Source of the DNA: Marinicella sp.
GTDB taxonomy: Bacteria; Pseudomonadota; Gammaproteobacteria; Xanthomonadales; Marinicellaceae
DNA: 64,000 nucleotides
Direction of reading: 5' to 3'
Assembly: GCA_965230295.1 (NCBI GenBank)
Contig: OZ246001.1
Span: 864,001 to 928,000 of the forward strand
A model generated the notes under the pieces. That model ran no database searches. It saw nothing but the letters and a program-made list of their open reading frames with translations, and was not told the origin of the DNA. A program made the translations under genes and the position numbers. This document shows, piece by piece, positions 61,258-64,000 of the stretch (within the stretch, counting starts at the first letter, position 1; the number at the start of each line of letters is the position of its first letter).

Positions 61258-62679
61258 ATGAAAAGAAAAACCAAGATCGTTGCCACCCTGGGCCCAGCCA
61301 GCCAATCTCCCACTCAAATAGAAGCATTGATTCATGCTGGTGTGAATGTGTTCCGCCTGAATTTTTCGCATGGTTCAATCAAAGACCACCAGGAAAATGT
61401 GAATAACATCAGGGAAGTCGCAGCCAAACTCGGTGTATTGGTTGGCATTTTACAGGATTTACAAGGGCCAAAGATCAGAGTGGGCAAATTCACCGGTGGT
61501 TCGATTGAGTTGGCCGACGGTGAATCTTTTACCTTGTACCCAGATAAAAATAAATTGGGTGATCAGCAAGGCGTTGGTATCAGTTACCCCCAGTTGTATG
61601 CTGATGTTAATGTGGGGGATTCGTTGTTGTTAGATGATGGCAAATTGATCTTAAAAGTATCGGCTGTTGATAAGCAGATCATCCACACCACCATCGCACG
61701 AGGTGGGACTTTAAGTGACAAAAAAGGCATCAATGTACCTGATGCCGATTTGAGTATTGCGGCGGTGACTGATAAAGACATTGCTGACATTGCCACTGGC
61801 GCTCAACTGGATGTTGATTGGGTTGCTTTGAGTTTTGTTCGCAACCAAAATGATTTATTGATTGCCAGACAACACCTTGAATTGAATAACTCAAAGGCAA
61901 AGCTGATGGCTAAAATTGAAAAGCCTGGCGCCATTCGTAATTACAAAGAGATTTTGCGTACTGCAGATGGCATCATGGTAGCACGAGGCGACTTAGGGGT
62001 AGAGTTGTCACCCGAGAAAGTGCCGATGTTACAGAAACGACTGATCAGAAAAGCCAGAGAGAAAGGCAAACCGGTGATCACTGCCACCCAAATGCTGGAA
62101 ACCATGACTGAAAATGCCATTCCAACCAGGGCTGAAGCCAACGATGTGGCCAATGCCATTTTTGATGGTACCGATGCAGTGATGCTTTCTGCAGAAACCG
62201 CCACGGGATCATATCCGATAAAAGCAGTTGAGACCATGGATCGCATAGCCACCACAGTTGAATCTGACAATGACTACAGAAAACGCATGCGTGAGCGGAA
62301 ATTCAAAGCAGAAAAAAACACCCCGGATGCCGTGTCATTCGCAGCGTGCAACATTGCCACCACACTGGCTGCTGAAGTGTTGTGTTGCTTTTCCAGCTCA
62401 GGTGCCACCGCATTGCGGGTTGCCAGAAATCGCATTCACACCGACGTGATTGCCATTTCACCCTCTATCAAATCATGCAACCAGCTAACTGTGTCATGGG
62501 GCATCAACCCGGTCTTAAGTGATGATGCCACCAGCACGGATGAAATGGTTAAGATTGCCAACCAAGTCATCATTGATCAAAAAATGGCCCAAACTGGTGA
62601 CCAGTTTGTGATCACTGCTGGTGTACCTTTTGGACACTCTGGCACCACCAATTTGATTCGTGTGGAAACACTGGACTGA
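61258..62679 (+). CDS. pyk: Pyruvate kinase
   Basis: TKIVATLGPAS, RLNFSHG, AKIEK, MVARGDLGVE, TATQML, DAVMLS motifs. Confidence 0.98.
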   Translation: MKRKTKIVATLGPASQSPTQIEALIHAGVNVFRLNFSHGSIKDHQENVNNIREVAAKLGVLVGILQDLQGPKIRVGKFTGGSIELADGESFTLYPDKNKLGDQQGVGISYPQLYADVNVGDSLLLDDGKLILKVSAVDKQIIHTTIARGGTLSDKKGINVPDADLSIAAVTDKDIADIATGAQLDVDWVALSFVRNQNDLLIARQHLELNNSKAKLMAKIEKPGAIRNYKEILRTADGIMVARGDLGVELSPEKVPMLQKRLIRKAREKGKPVITATQMLETMTENAIPTRAEANDVANAIFDGTDAVMLSAETATGSYPIKAVETMDRIATTVESDNDYRKRMRERKFKAEKNTPDAVSFAACNIATTLAAEVLCCFSSSGATALRVARNRIHTDVIAISPSIKSCNQLTVSWGINPVLSDDATSTDEMVKIANQVIIDQKMAQTGDQFVITAGVPFGHSGTTNLIRVETLD

Positions 62680-62768
62680 TCATTTTCCCGATCATCAATC
62701 ATTCAATGGGCGTTGATGTGTACAACCACTGTTTGGCTCACCAACGCCCTGATGAATGATTTTAGGCA

Positions 62769-64000
62769 TCACCTGTTGGTTTGATTGTCATTTAAAACAG
62801 GTCCCCAACTTTGATCAGGAGTTAACATTTCGGGGAACTGAATATATTGACAGAGTCCACCAAGAGCATCAATCACCTCTGTGCAAGATGTCGATTGATC
62901 CAAACCCTGACCCAATCTCTGGATTTGCATGATGGGCGAACTCATACTGAATTCATAAGGGTTCAAACCTGCATCAGTACCAACCGGATTGCTCTGCAAA
63001 TAACGGCCAATTTCAGGGTCATAATCGCGCCAGTAATTGTGGTGCATGCCCGACTCTCCGTCATCATATTGCCCTGATGATCGCAAGTAAAAATGAAAAT
63101 TGCTGCCATCACCATCAACATCTTTTTCAGGACTGGTGGTACCAAATGCATCAGACTCCAATGACCAGATCCTTACTCCAGCATCGTTGGTGATCCAACG
63201 TGGTGCATGCAAATGATCCGTTTGGATGTAGTAAATGTCATCATGAGTCATGCCTTTACTTGAATAAAACTTGCGAATTTGAGCAATCAATCGATCGCCT
63301 AAATACACATTCTCTCGATCCCAAATGTGCTGGCCATTCTTGTATTTTGATACATGAACCAAACGACCTTGCTCATCATACAAAAACAGGAATTCTCCAG
63401 CCAATGCACCATTGGTTTTGTTGTGGGTCTTGTGGACCCGCTCACCCAAGGCATTGTATCGATACACGGCCCTGGTGATAACACCCTGGGTGTGGGTACT
63501 CATGCGATTGGCTTGATTGTAAATCCACTGTTTGTCTCCAGTGTGATGGGTTTGCAAGGTGTTGCCATTGGCATCATATACCCGGTTTGCACCAAAGTTA
63601 ATCGACATCAAACGATTGCTGTTGGGGTCAATGGTGTAATTGGTGATGATGGTTTCAGACTTATTGCCATTCAAACCACCGTTGGAACCCCCATTGGCTT
63701 TGGCCGATGGGTTACCCCCTGCTTCACGCATGATTCGATTGCCTGCCTTGTCATATGAATAAGTCGTATTCAAATAATTTTCACTGGTCAATCGATCCAA
63801 TCGATCATAGCTGAACCAATCGTTATTGGTCGAGATTTCTCTGGTGACATAAGTGATGTTGTGGTTGTTGTCATGATTGAATGAAGCCGTCACATCGACA
63901 CCATAATTGTATCCAGTCATTCGATAACCATTGTCATACAATGCGTTGTAATGCTGTCCATTACCAAAATTAATCGATTCGATCGGTCCAAACGGCAGAT
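62769..64000 (-). CDS. Rhs/YD-repeat protein (5' part outside the window) with a degenerate core
   Basis: YD repeats (YDRLDRL, YDKAGNR, YDANGN); TDHL..PR, DAFG, YDPEIGRY; frame stays open to the window edge (LPFGPIESI...). Confidence 0.9.
   Translation of the reverse strand, partial: LPFGPIESINFGNGQHYNALYDNGYRMTGYNYGVDVTASFNHDNNHNITYVTREISTNNDWFSYDRLDRLTSENYLNTTYSYDKAGNRIMREAGGNPSAKANGGSNGGLNGNKSETIITNYTIDPNSNRLMSINFGANRVYDANGNTLQTHHTGDKQWIYNQANRMSTHTQGVITRAVYRYNALGERVHKTHNKTNGALAGEFLFLYDEQGRLVHVSKYKNGQHIWDRENVYLGDRLIAQIRKFYSSKGMTHDDIYYIQTDHLHAPRWITNDAGVRIWSLESDAFGTTSPEKDVDGDGSNFHFYLRSSGQYDDGESGMHHNYWRDYDPEIGRYLQSNPVGTDAGLNPYEFSMSSPIMQIQRLGQGLDQSTSCTEVIDALGGLCQYIQFPEMLTPDQSWGPVLNDNQTNR

Overview
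This 64-kb window looks like core chromosome of a marine gammaproteobacterium. Gene order is Xanthomonadales-like; Marinicella-like is my guess and cannot be verified here. It contains the 5' part of an Xps-type T2SS operon (gspEFGH, partial gspI), purL, dsbC, xerD, a six-gene TtpC-type TonB system, lptFG, pepA, valS, a cyclophilin-MCE/Mla transporter operon, htpG, rbgA, rluA, cls, srkA, sbcB and pyk. An accessory-like block (about 27-43 kb) holds a large subtilase, an animal-type heme peroxidase, a CRTAC1/ASPIC-UnbV protein and an ECF sigma module, and an Rhs gene is cut by the right edge. I saw no rRNA, tRNA, CRISPR array or transposase. Most interesting signals: (1) a shared C-terminal D-x-I-F-x-x-G-F-[DE] tail on two unrelated secreted proteins, a candidate sorting signal, with an orphan exosortase-H-associated-like gene upstream of the T2SS; (2) an ECF sigma/anti-sigma/acidic protein/DUF3106-like operon with two matching divergent TGTCAACC-N15-CGTTG promoters that point to its target gene; (3) a dispersed palindromic intergenic repeat in three copies; (4) an Rhs core that has lost both autoprotease aspartates; (5) four apparently leaderless genes; (6) holC missing from pepA-valS, with a psi-like ORF nearby. 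All family assignments come from motif recognition by eye; no searches were run.
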